Positions 19,849-28,982 of a stretch of 64,000 nucleotides of DNA are shown piece by piece. Origin of the DNA: Verrucomicrobiia bacterium. GTDB lineage: Bacteria > Verrucomicrobiota > Verrucomicrobiia > Limisphaerales > UBA1319. Position 1 is the first letter of the stretch; each line of letters begins with the position of its first letter. The DNA lies in assembly GCA_963664225.1 (NCBI GenBank), contig OY760937.1:2464001-2528000 (forward strand), in the 5' to 3' direction. Both the position numbers and the translations under genes were made by a program. Under the pieces are notes generated by a model. The model was given only the letters and a program-made list of their open reading frames with translations, had not been told where the DNA came from and ran no database searches.

Positions 19849-20087
19849 CGACTTTACTTTATGTTGCCATTAATAGTACCTTTCGAACAGGGCGAAAAGT
19901 CATTGTATAACAATCTCGGTAAACCTTCGTTTGCCTTAATATTTGTCACAATTCTGATTTCATTTGTAATCCTGTATTACCTTCTGAAACGAAAATGATG
20001 ACTGTTGTCCGATAATGGGGTAGTATTATGTATCATTCACAAATTTCACATTTTGATCACGATGAACAAAACTGTGGGTGACCACTT

Positions 20088-20765
20088 ATGAGTGAATATC
20101 AACGTCACATTGAGTTTTACTCAACTCATTGGGAGCAAAATTACACAGATCTTGTCTCCACATCCGAATGGGGGGATGAAGAATCGGCCGAGAAGTATTT
20201 GCAGAAATACTGGCTGCCGATGGCTGAATATGATCTTGAATGGAAAAGGATACAGAATCAGATATTCATCACCCAAAAGTTGCCGACAGAATATATTTTT
20301 CATACCCCATATGAACTGTTGGCATTTCGCGGCGGCTGTTTATTTGGTGAAGAAGATTTCAAGAAATTGCAAGAGTGCTTCCATAGTGTTGGAGACAGGC
20401 ATTTTTTTGTCATAGAAAACATTTTCACATACAAGCCCGAACCGGAGAAATCGCCATTACCAATGCCGGAGGAACCGCCATTCAGAATGAAATATCCTGC
20501 CGATATTACTTGGGCTGAATTGATCAGCGGGAATTTTATATCAGCGATGATTGTTGATTCTTCCAACAAAAACTTTTTTGTTTTTGGTGAAACAGCATCT
20601 TGGGGAAGATATTGTGCGAACGGTTATTTGTGGCCAGTGAATATAGTTGGGTTTCTCCCGGAACACGGCTCTCGATTTCGAGAGAAGCTTAAAGTGCCAG
20701 AAAAGGAAAGACTGGAAATAGCTACTGAGTGGGTGCCGCCGGTGTATCGTCCTTTCTTAAAGTAA
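20088..20765 (+). CDS. hypothetical protein in AT-rich islet
   Basis: 225 aa ORF in AT-rich DNA where a chance ORF of this length is unlikely; aromatic and acidic rich. Confidence 0.75.
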   Translation: MSEYQRHIEFYSTHWEQNYTDLVSTSEWGDEESAEKYLQKYWLPMAEYDLEWKRIQNQIFITQKLPTEYIFHTPYELLAFRGGCLFGEEDFKKLQECFHSVGDRHFFVIENIFTYKPEPEKSPLPMPEEPPFRMKYPADITWAELISGNFISAMIVDSSNKNFFVFGETASWGRYCANGYLWPVNIVGFLPEHGSRFREKLKVPEKERLEIATEWVPPVYRPFLK

Positions 20766-20784
20766 TAGTGATGCCCATATACGT

Positions 20785-21204
20785 ATGAATCCCATTCCTG
20801 ATGATGTTCAAAAGTTTCTGGAAGAGATAACAGGAGAAATAAATGCTGCATTTAATAATGGCGATGAGAAGGCCCACGATCAGCTTTGCCAGGAATTGAA
20901 ATCGTTTTATCAGGATCATAAACAAATGGGAACCCTGCATTATGCTGTAGTTGAAACACTGGCAGATTTCACCGAAAACAAGCAAGAGGCTGTGAGGTTG
21001 TATCAGGAGGCTCTTGAAATGTCCCAGCCAGACGATCCTCGCTATATGATACTGATTTCCATGGCGGAAGCCATGACACGCCTGGGCCATAAAGAGAAAG
21101 CTAAGATCACCGCGCTAAATGGATTGCGCGAGGCTCTTAATAACGAGGACTACTTCTACATTAGCGAGGCGGAAAGCTTGCTAAAAGAATTAAACGAGCA
21201 GTAA
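20785..21204 (+). CDS. small helical-repeat (TPR-like) hypothetical protein
   Basis: 139 aa, 19 bp after the previous gene; EAVRLYQEALE and LGHKEKAK helical pattern. Confidence 0.7.
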   Translation: MNPIPDDVQKFLEEITGEINAAFNNGDEKAHDQLCQELKSFYQDHKQMGTLHYAVVETLADFTENKQEAVRLYQEALEMSQPDDPRYMILISMAEAMTRLGHKEKAKITALNGLREALNNEDYFYISEAESLLKELNEQ

Positions 21205-21228
21205 AAAAGGGGCAAAACAGACAATTAA

Positions 21229-21348
21229 ACATGGATGATCAGGATAAACAGGATAAGAAAATTCAATTCAGCACTTTTTGAATTTCATTGTTCATGGGCG
21301 GCTCAGGCAGGACTCTTTTTTCATCCTGTCTATCCTGCAAATCCATGT
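21229..21348. repeat. 26-bp imperfect inverted repeat with internal 9-bp CAGGAT periodicity
   Basis: ACATGGATGATCAGGATAAACAGGAT (21229-21254) pairs with ATCCTGTCTATCCTGCAAATCCATGT (21323-21348), 22/26 matches. Confidence 0.8.
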
Positions 21349-21373
21349 GAACTAAAAACCTGAATCAGGCGTT

Positions 21374-22600
21374 CTACACGGAGCGGACGGTTTCGAGCAT
21401 GGCGGCGATGTTCGCGGGGGGGACATCGGCCAGGATGTTGTGGACCTGTTGAAAGACAAATCCGCCGCCTGCGCGCCAGATATCAAGCTGGTGTTTCACA
21501 TGCTCGCGAACCTGCGCGGGATTGGATTGGGATAAGACCTCGCGTGTGTCGCATCCACCGCCCCAGAACGTGAGGTCGCGGCCGAAATCGCGCTTGAGCC
21601 CGGCGGCGTCCATGCCGCGACAGGAGATTTGCACGGGATTGATGGCGTCCAGACCGGCGTCGATCAAATCCGGCAGCAATTCCCGCACGCCGCCGCAGCA
21701 GTGGAGTAGCACCTTGACCGGGGCCAGTTCCTTGGCGCGCCGCCAGAGAAGCTGATGGCGCGGCTTGAAAAACTCGCGATACATGGCCGGGGAAATCTGA
21801 GGACCCCGCTGCATTCCCAGGTCATCGCCGAAAAGAATGATGTCGATGTTTGCGCCGACGGCTCCAAGAAACCGCTCCAGACCGGCCAGATGGCTCTCCA
21901 CCACCTTGTCCAGAAACTGGTGGGCGCGCTTGGGATCGCCCGCAAGCAGCATCAGAAATGTGTCGTTGCGGTAGAGCATCTGACCCGTTTCCAGGAGATT
22001 GCCACCGAACAAACCGATGATGGCGCGGTCGGTCGAAGCACGGAGTTTCCGGGCTCCATCGGCCAGCAACTTCACGCCGGCAGGCCCGGCCACCAGCGGC
22101 CCGGGGGGCGAGGCCATGGCCGCCCACATGTTTTGCTTTTGCGCATCGTCCAGAGGCTCAATGTCGTCACGCTCGTTGAAGGGATAGTAAACCTGTTCGA
22201 AATAAAGCGCGCCCTTCGGCATGCGCGCAATCACGCGCCCCGTCTCGGAACGAAACAGCCAGCCGCCGTTCTCGGGTTCCGGCTTCGCCCATACGGGCAT
22301 CTGGCAGGGTGTGCCGTCGGGCAGGGTCCAATCCACCCAGTCCTTATCCTCCAGAGCGAACCCGCGGCCCAACTCGATGGTGTCCACGCCGAACAAGGAT
22401 AACACGTCCTCATCCAAAATGGCCAGTTGTTGCACGGGATCGTAAACCCGTATCGTCTTTTTCGGCAGGCCCAGGTGCGCCCGCAGACGGGCATAGGCGA
22501 TGGGACTTATGCCAGAGGATCGGTGACCGCCAAAGTCTAGGGGGACCTGTTCAGTCTCGCGGTGATTCAATGCGGCAACGATGCGTTCGCGCGGTGTCAT
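21374..22600 (-). CDS. uroporphyrinogen decarboxylase / MtaA-CmuA methyltransferase family protein
   Basis: MTPRERIV...VPLDFGG, FGDDLG, HCCGG, INPVQ, FWGGGCD, HNILADVPPANI. Confidence 0.85.
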   Translation of the reverse strand: MTPRERIVAALNHRETEQVPLDFGGHRSSGISPIAYARLRAHLGLPKKTIRVYDPVQQLAILDEDVLSLFGVDTIELGRGFALEDKDWVDWTLPDGTPCQMPVWAKPEPENGGWLFRSETGRVIARMPKGALYFEQVYYPFNERDDIEPLDDAQKQNMWAAMASPPGPLVAGPAGVKLLADGARKLRASTDRAIIGLFGGNLLETGQMLYRNDTFLMLLAGDPKRAHQFLDKVVESHLAGLERFLGAVGANIDIILFGDDLGMQRGPQISPAMYREFFKPRHQLLWRRAKELAPVKVLLHCCGGVRELLPDLIDAGLDAINPVQISCRGMDAAGLKRDFGRDLTFWGGGCDTREVLSQSNPAQVREHVKHQLDIWRAGGGFVFQQVHNILADVPPANIAAMLETVRSV

Positions 22601-22684
22601 GGAAGATACTTTTACGAACACGCCGGGGAAGGTCAATAGCGGGTGTGGGTTTCGGAGAGAACCGCGAAGGAACAAAAAATCTTG

Positions 22685-22816
22685 AACCGCTAATAAGAAA
22701 AGAGTGCGGGAATTAAGATTTCATCGGTCTATTAAAGTGAAGGTCAAATTCCATGGTGATTCTCCAGGAATAATCTGGATTTATTCATTAGTGTTTATTA
22801 GTGACTATTAGCGGTT
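22685..22816. repeat. inverted repeat AACCGCTAATA/TATTAGCGGTT with 10-bp ATTAG tandem in the right arm
   Basis: Arms at 22685-22695 and 22806-22816; ATTAGTGTTT-ATTAGTGACT-ATTAGCGGTT at 22787-22816. Confidence 0.65.
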
Positions 22817-22854
22817 TACTTTTTTGATTTCTCGTTCGTTTGTGCATTAACGGT

Positions 22855-25800
22855 TCAACTCAATTCCACAAGGCGCGCGATGCCGGGCGTCAAAAAATAC
22901 AGCCAGGCGCGTGTGACCGGGAGCTTGTAGATGCGGGTCAGGGCCTCGGCATACAAACGAAGCTGCGGCAGATAGGATTCCGTTTTGGCGTCCACGCCGT
23001 CTGCGGAAACACGGTCGGTCTTGTAGTCGAGGAGCCAGATTTCGTCAGGCCGGATGATGGCCAGATCGATCACCCCCTGCACCACCACAAATTCGGTATC
23101 GAGCATTGGCTGGGCAGACACGCCATCGATCGGGAGCGGCAATCCAGCCTCGGCGAGTTCGGCGATGGTGAAACGCGCGGTGAACGGCAGTTCGCGACGG
23201 ACACACTCGGCGTTTTCACGAATCGTCGCGCCGATCTCGGATTTCCAAAAGCGCCACAGGGCCTCGAGATTCAGGGATTCGCGTTCGGGCTTGGAAAACA
23301 CTCCAGCCTCCTGGAGTTTGTCGGCCTGCGCGTTCAAAGCTTCAGGACTTGCGGTCTCCTTAAAATCCACCCACTGCAGAAAGGCATGATGCGCGGTGCC
23401 CTTCTCCGCGCCGGTCAATTCGGACTTGCTGGCGCCCGCACTGGGAGGCGGCAGAAACGCCGTGGACTCCACTCGATAATAGGATTGGGCTTCGTCCGCA
23501 CTGTCATCGAGGAGGCGTTTGCGCAGAGCGGAAACGGAGGCCTTGGCGGGTTCCTGCGTCGCGACCGCATGGGGATAGGGTTGGAAAATCCTGCTATCGA
23601 TCGCACGCCAGTCGTGCAGGGCATGTGGGTGCGCAGGCAATGGTGTCGCACCCGTGGGCGATGCTGCCGCAGGCAATGCTGATGCGAGGTCGGCATCGGA
23701 CCAGCTTCTCCACGACAGGAGCGCATTGGAACCGTTTTGATCGAGCGCAAACCCGCGACGGAACATCCAGGGCCCGATCCAGTCCAGGTAGCTACCTGCG
23801 GCGGCGATCTGGCGTTCCAGCGCGACGCCTTCGCACGGAACGATCCAGTCGTCATCCTCCAGCTTGGATTGCGGGACGGTGCCGACGAGCGTGAGGCGGT
23901 CGCAGGCGCGGGTCATGGCCACGTAGAGCAGGCGCATTTCCTCGCCCAGTGTATCGAGATTTTGTCTGCGGCCCGCCAGCCAATGCATGAGGCTCGCGTA
24001 ATGGCGTTTGCCGCCCGGGGGCTTGATCCGGGGGCACAGGCCGTATTCCTCGTCGAGAATGTTGCGTTCGGCGGTGTCGCGTTTATTGAAGCGCTGACCC
24101 AGGCCGGCCATGACCACCACGGGAAATTCCAGACCCTTCGAGCGGTGAACGCTGATCAGGCGCACGGCGTTTTCCATGGGCGCGCCGGCGGATTTGGCGT
24201 CCTGCTCCGCTTCTTGTTGCGCCTCGACATGGCTTAGAAAACGAAAGAGGCCCTGGCGCTGGAACTGGTCGAATTCGCGCGTGAGGTCAAGCAGGCGCTG
24301 GACATTGCCCAGGCGTTGAGCGCCGCGGGATTGTCCGGCGAGCCACGCCTCGTAATCGGTGTCGTCGAGAATGGTTTCCAGGCACCGCGACAAGGCCTCC
24401 TGACGTGCGAGTTTCCGCCAGCGCGTGCAGGCTCTCAGAAAACGATCCGCCTTGGTCCACGCGCTTTTCCGCCATTCGGACACCGCGCTACTGGGACTGG
24501 GGTCTGAACCTTCGCGATGGAATTTCTGCAACGCCGTCCAGATGAGCCCATTGCGCATGGCAATGCGGACCTCGGCCAGTTCGTTCAGGTTGAATCCCGC
24601 CAGCGGTGAGCGCAGGACCGCGAGCAGCGGCAGGTCCTGGAGCGGGTTATCGAGCAGTTCCAGCATGTGGAGCAGATCGGCGACCTCCGCGCTGCCGAAG
24701 AACCCCTCGCGCTGGCACTCCAGCGGAATGCCCAGCGACTCGAAGGTGCGCGCGTAGCTGTCCGTCTGGCTCCGAATCGAGCGCAGGAGCACCACGGCAT
24801 CCCGCCATTCAAAATCTTTGAAGCGTTTCTCGCCACGACTCCAGACCTGGAATTTTTCGTCGTGCAACCGGCGCAAATGCAAGGCCGTGAACCGGGCCTC
24901 TTTCTCCAGGTCCTTGAGACCAGCCAGGGGATCGTCCTCCGCGTCAGCCCCAGTATCCTCCTTGCTGGTCCAGCGCAGGCATAACTCGACGCGCGGCTGC
25001 GGGGCATCCGAGGCTGGCGGCGCGGCGAAATGGGGACGTTCAGCGCGATTGCCGAAACGCAACTCCGCGTCCGCATCGAAGGTCACCCCGCCAATCCGCG
25101 CGCGCATCAAGTCGCGAAAGACCGCGTTCACGCAGCCCAGGACCGATTCGTGGCTGCGAAAATTCTCGGAGAGTGGAATGACACGTTCCAACGTCGAATT
25201 TGTATTGGACTGCCACTGGCGGTAGTAATTCTGGAAAATATGCGGCGCGGCGCGGCGGAAGCGGTAGATGCTTTGTTTGACATCGCCGACGAGGAACAGG
25301 TTCCCCTCCGCGCCCTCCCGGCTCAACATGCGAATGATGGCGTCCTGGGCGGCATTGATGTCCTGATACTCGTCCACGAAGACCAGATCGAGCCGACGCC
25401 TCCATTCCAGCGCCGCTGCCGCCGGTTGGTCTGTGCGCGGCTCGCAAAGAACCCGCAGCGCGAATTGCTCGATGTCCGCAAAATCGAGCGCGGCCTGCTG
25501 GCGCTTGACGGTGGCGAAGCGTTCGCCAAAGAGCCGCGTCAATTCCAGCACCGTGCGCATGGACGCCCGCGCCGATTGCCAGTCCCGCGCCAGCGAGTCC
25601 TCCGTGCCCGCCGCATCGGGAATTCCGATGGCCGAGAATAGAAATCGCGCCTCCTCGAACAGGGCCTTCACGGTTTTCGGAGGGGCCTGTTTGCCTCTGA
25701 ATGAGGTGCTGGCAGCCAGTTCGCAAATCGCCTGCAAACGGGCGGCAATGTTCGCCCGCACCGGTTGATTGATGGCGCGCCGCAACAAGGTGCTGCAGGT

Positions 25801-26574
25801 TTGCGCGACCGCATGATTCTGCGCCATCAGAACATCCTGCCAGGATTGCGCCCAATCAGGAAACTCGCGTTCCAGCCATTGCACCCATTGATGCGGATGC
25901 TCCTGGGCGAACAAGTTTAGCTGCGCCTCCAGCCAGCGGGCCGGATCCGGCAGGGATTGCCCATAACGATGCAGGCGCCGAACCAGCGCGCGCAGCGGCT
26001 CGTCGTCCCCGCCGTATTCATTGGCAATAAACTCGCGCACCGCGAGTGCCAGCGGAGTGTCCCCTGCGTATTGCTCCGCGATCACATCATCGAGCGTGTC
26101 GTTGAAAAGAATGGCGGCCTGGCCTTCAGGCAACACGGCGGATTTGGGGTCCAGACCGAGCAGAAAGAAATTCTCGCGGACCAGTCGCAGACAAAAACTA
26201 TCCAGAGTGGAAATGCAAGCAGCATCCAGGAAGGCCAGTTGCTCGGCGAGATGCTCGTCCTCGGGACGCTCCAGCACCAGTTTTTCGAGACCCTCCCGCA
26301 ACCGCTTGCGCAACTCCGCCGCCGCGGCATCCGTGAACGTGACCACGAGCATGCGCTCGATGCTCACCGGATTTTCGCGGCGGCTGATGGATTCCAGGCA
26401 CCGCGCGATCAGGGTATGCGTCTTGCCCGTGCCCGCCCCGGCGGCGACCAGCACGCGACCCTGCGCGAAGACGGCCTCCTCCTGCGCCGTGCGGACGGGA
26501 TTGGAATGAACGCTCTGATTGGTCACAAAAAGTGGATTTCTGATCACGGTAGAAATCCCGAGACTTTCAGCCAT
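22855..26574 (-). CDS. addA: helicase-nuclease AddAB subunit AddA (UvrD helicase + RecB-type nuclease)
   Basis: AGAGTGKT, TFTDAAA, VDEYQD, GDVKQSIYRFR, ENFRS, HRSKGLEF, LYVAMTRA, QGVIDL...LDYKT. True start may be GTG at 26526. Confidence 0.88.
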   Translation of the reverse strand: MAESLGISTVIRNPLFVTNQSVHSNPVRTAQEEAVFAQGRVLVAAGAGTGKTHTLIARCLESISRRENPVSIERMLVVTFTDAAAAELRKRLREGLEKLVLERPEDEHLAEQLAFLDAACISTLDSFCLRLVRENFFLLGLDPKSAVLPEGQAAILFNDTLDDVIAEQYAGDTPLALAVREFIANEYGGDDEPLRALVRRLHRYGQSLPDPARWLEAQLNLFAQEHPHQWVQWLEREFPDWAQSWQDVLMAQNHAVAQTCSTLLRRAINQPVRANIAARLQAICELAASTSFRGKQAPPKTVKALFEEARFLFSAIGIPDAAGTEDSLARDWQSARASMRTVLELTRLFGERFATVKRQQAALDFADIEQFALRVLCEPRTDQPAAAALEWRRRLDLVFVDEYQDINAAQDAIIRMLSREGAEGNLFLVGDVKQSIYRFRRAAPHIFQNYYRQWQSNTNSTLERVIPLSENFRSHESVLGCVNAVFRDLMRARIGGVTFDADAELRFGNRAERPHFAAPPASDAPQPRVELCLRWTSKEDTGADAEDDPLAGLKDLEKEARFTALHLRRLHDEKFQVWSRGEKRFKDFEWRDAVVLLRSIRSQTDSYARTFESLGIPLECQREGFFGSAEVADLLHMLELLDNPLQDLPLLAVLRSPLAGFNLNELAEVRIAMRNGLIWTALQKFHREGSDPSPSSAVSEWRKSAWTKADRFLRACTRWRKLARQEALSRCLETILDDTDYEAWLAGQSRGAQRLGNVQRLLDLTREFDQFQRQGLFRFLSHVEAQQEAEQDAKSAGAPMENAVRLISVHRSKGLEFPVVVMAGLGQRFNKRDTAERNILDEEYGLCPRIKPPGGKRHYASLMHWLAGRRQNLDTLGEEMRLLYVAMTRACDRLTLVGTVPQSKLEDDDWIVPCEGVALERQIAAAGSYLDWIGPWMFRRGFALDQNGSNALLSWRSWSDADLASALPAAASPTGATPLPAHPHALHDWRAIDSRIFQPYPHAVATQEPAKASVSALRKRLLDDSADEAQSYYRVESTAFLPPPSAGASKSELTGAEKGTAHHAFLQWVDFKETASPEALNAQADKLQEAGVFSKPERESLNLEALWRFWKSEIGATIRENAECVRRELPFTARFTIAELAEAGLPLPIDGVSAQPMLDTEFVVVQGVIDLAIIRPDEIWLLDYKTDRVSADGVDAKTESYLPQLRLYAEALTRIYKLPVTRAWLYFLTPGIARLVELS

Positions 26575-27419
26575 GTGGCAAAGAGTTCAATCCAATGATC
26601 CGAGGGGAGGTTCTGCGTGCGCATTCCGAAGCCGTGCCCGCCTTTGGAGAGAAGATGCAGTTCCGCGGATTTCTTCGCCCTGGTCCAATCGTTGTAGAGA
26701 TTCACACTGTGGGGTGCCAGGCCCAACGGATCGTCTGTCGCCGCGAGGATAAACATGGCCGGGGCGTCGGCGGGCACCTCTTTCTTGATGGTCCATTCGT
26801 ATTGGAGATAGATGGGGGCGGCAAAATTCGGGCGTGAGTCGGTCGTGTAATTGTAGGCCGCAGACGCAGCGACGGTGCCGCCCGCAGAGAAACCAATGAT
26901 GCCGATGCGCTCGGGATTCACGCCATAATCGGAGGCGTGGTGTCGAACATAACCAATGGCAGCCTGGGCATCCGCAAGGGCAAGCTTGATCACCGGAGGC
27001 ACAATGCTATCCAGCTTGTCCCCCACGCTCATGATCTCCATGGTCGGGTCCTCCGTTTTGCATTCGACCAGTCGGTATTTGAGAATGAAACAAGTCACTC
27101 CTTTGCCATTGAGCCAGCGGGCCACATCCATGCCTTCGCTGTCGATGGAGAGGGCGTAAAATCCCCCACCCGGGCAGATCACGATGGCGGTGCCGTTGGC
27201 CTTGCCGGGCTCGGGGGCCATGACGGTCAATGTGGGTTTTGCGACGTTATACACAACGCGCGTGTTCCATAAGTTCTTGTTGTTTTCGGCTTCGTGTTGC
27301 TTCCAATTCTCCGATCCGGGGGCCGGACCGTCGTAGAGTGGAATGACTTTTTGTTCAGCGTGAAGGCTCATTGCAAATAGAAGGGCCATGAGAGTGGTTG
27401 CATATTTCATATTATTCAT
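26544..27419 (-). CDS. secreted alpha/beta hydrolase (esterase)
   Basis: Signal peptide, CPGGGF, GFSAGG nucleophile, DDP, GGHGFG. Confidence 0.88.
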   Translation of the reverse strand: MNNMKYATTLMALLFAMSLHAEQKVIPLYDGPAPGSENWKQHEAENNKNLWNTRVVYNVAKPTLTVMAPEPGKANGTAIVICPGGGFYALSIDSEGMDVARWLNGKGVTCFILKYRLVECKTEDPTMEIMSVGDKLDSIVPPVIKLALADAQAAIGYVRHHASDYGVNPERIGIIGFSAGGTVAASAAYNYTTDSRPNFAAPIYLQYEWTIKKEVPADAPAMFILAATDDPLGLAPHSVNLYNDWTRAKKSAELHLLSKGGHGFGMRTQNLPSDHWIELFATWLKVSGFLP

Positions 27420-27420
27420 A

Positions 27421-27816
27421 TTAAACGGGTTCACCGGATTCCAATTCGTAAAGCATGCGCCAGATCCGGTCGGTCTCACCTCGCTCGATAACCTGCAGGG
27501 GAGTTGAGCCGTCGAACGCGGGATTTGGATCCTTAAGCCACGAACCAATTGCTTCAGCCGCGACGAGACGCTCCAAGGCGGCCAGCAATCTCTTGATTTC
27601 CTTGAGTCGGAGCAGCGTAGAGGCGCTGGGTTTGGATCCCTGTGCCCACTTGGAAACCGCCCGCAGAGAGAACCCGCTCAACCGGGTCAGCATATCCTGC
27701 GAAAGCTGATACCTTGCCGCAACCTCCTTGAGGGAAATCACGCCCGAATCCATCGGCTTTGCCCGCAGGGCGGCATCCACAACGGATTGTTCGGCCAAAA
27801 CACTCGATCTCTTCAT
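27421..27816 (-). CDS. Xre/MbcA/ParS-type antitoxin (HTH + DUF2384-like C-terminus), no adjacent RES toxin
   Basis: HTH-like LSQDMLTRLSGFSLRAVSKW; C-terminal WLKDPNPAFDGSTPLQVI...G. Confidence 0.8.
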   Translation of the reverse strand: MKRSSVLAEQSVVDAALRAKPMDSGVISLKEVAARYQLSQDMLTRLSGFSLRAVSKWAQGSKPSASTLLRLKEIKRLLAALERLVAAEAIGSWLKDPNPAFDGSTPLQVIERGETDRIWRMLYELESGEPV

Positions 27817-27896
27817 AACCAAAGGATACCTCAACTTTTCGCCATTGCAAGCACAAATGCGCGCACTTATGCGTCATCGTTTCTTGATCCAAAATT

Positions 27897-28979
27897 TCAG
27901 ATCCGCCCCCAACTGAAAATGCTTATTCCACAAGACAAACATTCCCAGCCCACCCATTCCTGGGCGAGGCGTTGATTGCGCTCCAGAATTCGCCAGGCTT
28001 CCTCTGCGAGCGGGCCCAGCCAGTCCGCATCCTCGCGACGAATGGGATCGTCCTCGTTGGCCGGTGTGGCATGAGCAGCCTCGGTTAGCAGAGCGCGATA
28101 GGCGTCCAGATACGGTTCCACAGGCGGCAGGCCCAGTCTTTGTGCGGCGCGCGAGGCGCGGGCGGGAATGCGCAAACCGGAGGCATCGAGATCGCCAAAA
28201 TAAAGCACAGGGCGCGGCCCGCCGAGTTCGCGAAAAATCTCCGACAAAAACGGGACGCGGTCCGCGAAACAATTGCCCTGGCCATAAACCACCGCGCCGA
28301 ATTTTGGATGCGAATCATTCCAGCGACGAAACGAATCCCATGTGGCCGCATTCTCAAGCACAAGCAGCGGTCCCTGGCTCGCAGGTCCGCGCTGCCATCC
28401 GAGCGGTTCCGCCACAAAGAAGCAGCGCAGTTGCTCCAGGCTCAGACGTCCTTCGCCAAACAGGGCGGAGTCAGCCAGGGTATCCAGGCGTTTCTCAAAT
28501 CCGAACAATTCCAGGGAACGCTCCTTGATGGGAACACATGGGCGGTTCGATCCCCCGCTCAGGAAAAAAGCGTTGATCTGGCGCAATTCAGTGAAGCTGA
28601 TGTTCAGCCGGGCGTCCCGCACAAATGCCATTTCCGTCACCCAGGAAAACTGGCGAATCTCCAGGGCCTCGATGTCGGGAATGGGATTAAAACCGAACGC
28701 CTCGCGCCATTTCGACTCCGCGTCCAGAGGCACCAGAACGCGTCCAATAAGATGGGGCCTTTGATGCACGGATTTGAGTGCCACCCAGCCGGTGGATTCG
28801 AGTGTGCGGATGTCTCGCTCGGCATCGCCGCGCTCGATGGCGGACAGCAGCCCGGCCTGTTCCAGCAAGTCCTCCCAATCTCGGGAGAAGGGACGCGTGG
28901 CCGCGTCCGCACGCTCACCCCGCGCACGCCTCCATTGCGCGAAGAGTTCGGTGGCGATGGGCGAGCGCGTGGGGTTCAT
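27897..28979 (-). CDS. jetD: Wadjet nuclease JetD (Toprim fold)
   Basis: KERSLELFG.EK, LVLEN (catalytic E), YFGDLDASG (DxD), RLAQE; last gene of the jet operon. Confidence 0.85.
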   Translation of the reverse strand: MNPTRSPIATELFAQWRRARGERADAATRPFSRDWEDLLEQAGLLSAIERGDAERDIRTLESTGWVALKSVHQRPHLIGRVLVPLDAESKWREAFGFNPIPDIEALEIRQFSWVTEMAFVRDARLNISFTELRQINAFFLSGGSNRPCVPIKERSLELFGFEKRLDTLADSALFGEGRLSLEQLRCFFVAEPLGWQRGPASQGPLLVLENAATWDSFRRWNDSHPKFGAVVYGQGNCFADRVPFLSEIFRELGGPRPVLYFGDLDASGLRIPARASRAAQRLGLPPVEPYLDAYRALLTEAAHATPANEDDPIRREDADWLGPLAEEAWRILERNQRLAQEWVGWECLSCGISIFSWGRI

Positions 28980-28982
28980 TGG

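Noticed and set aside
19850..21230. integron cassette array
   Set aside because: No attC (RYYYAAC...GTTRRRY) structures and no integrase recognised.
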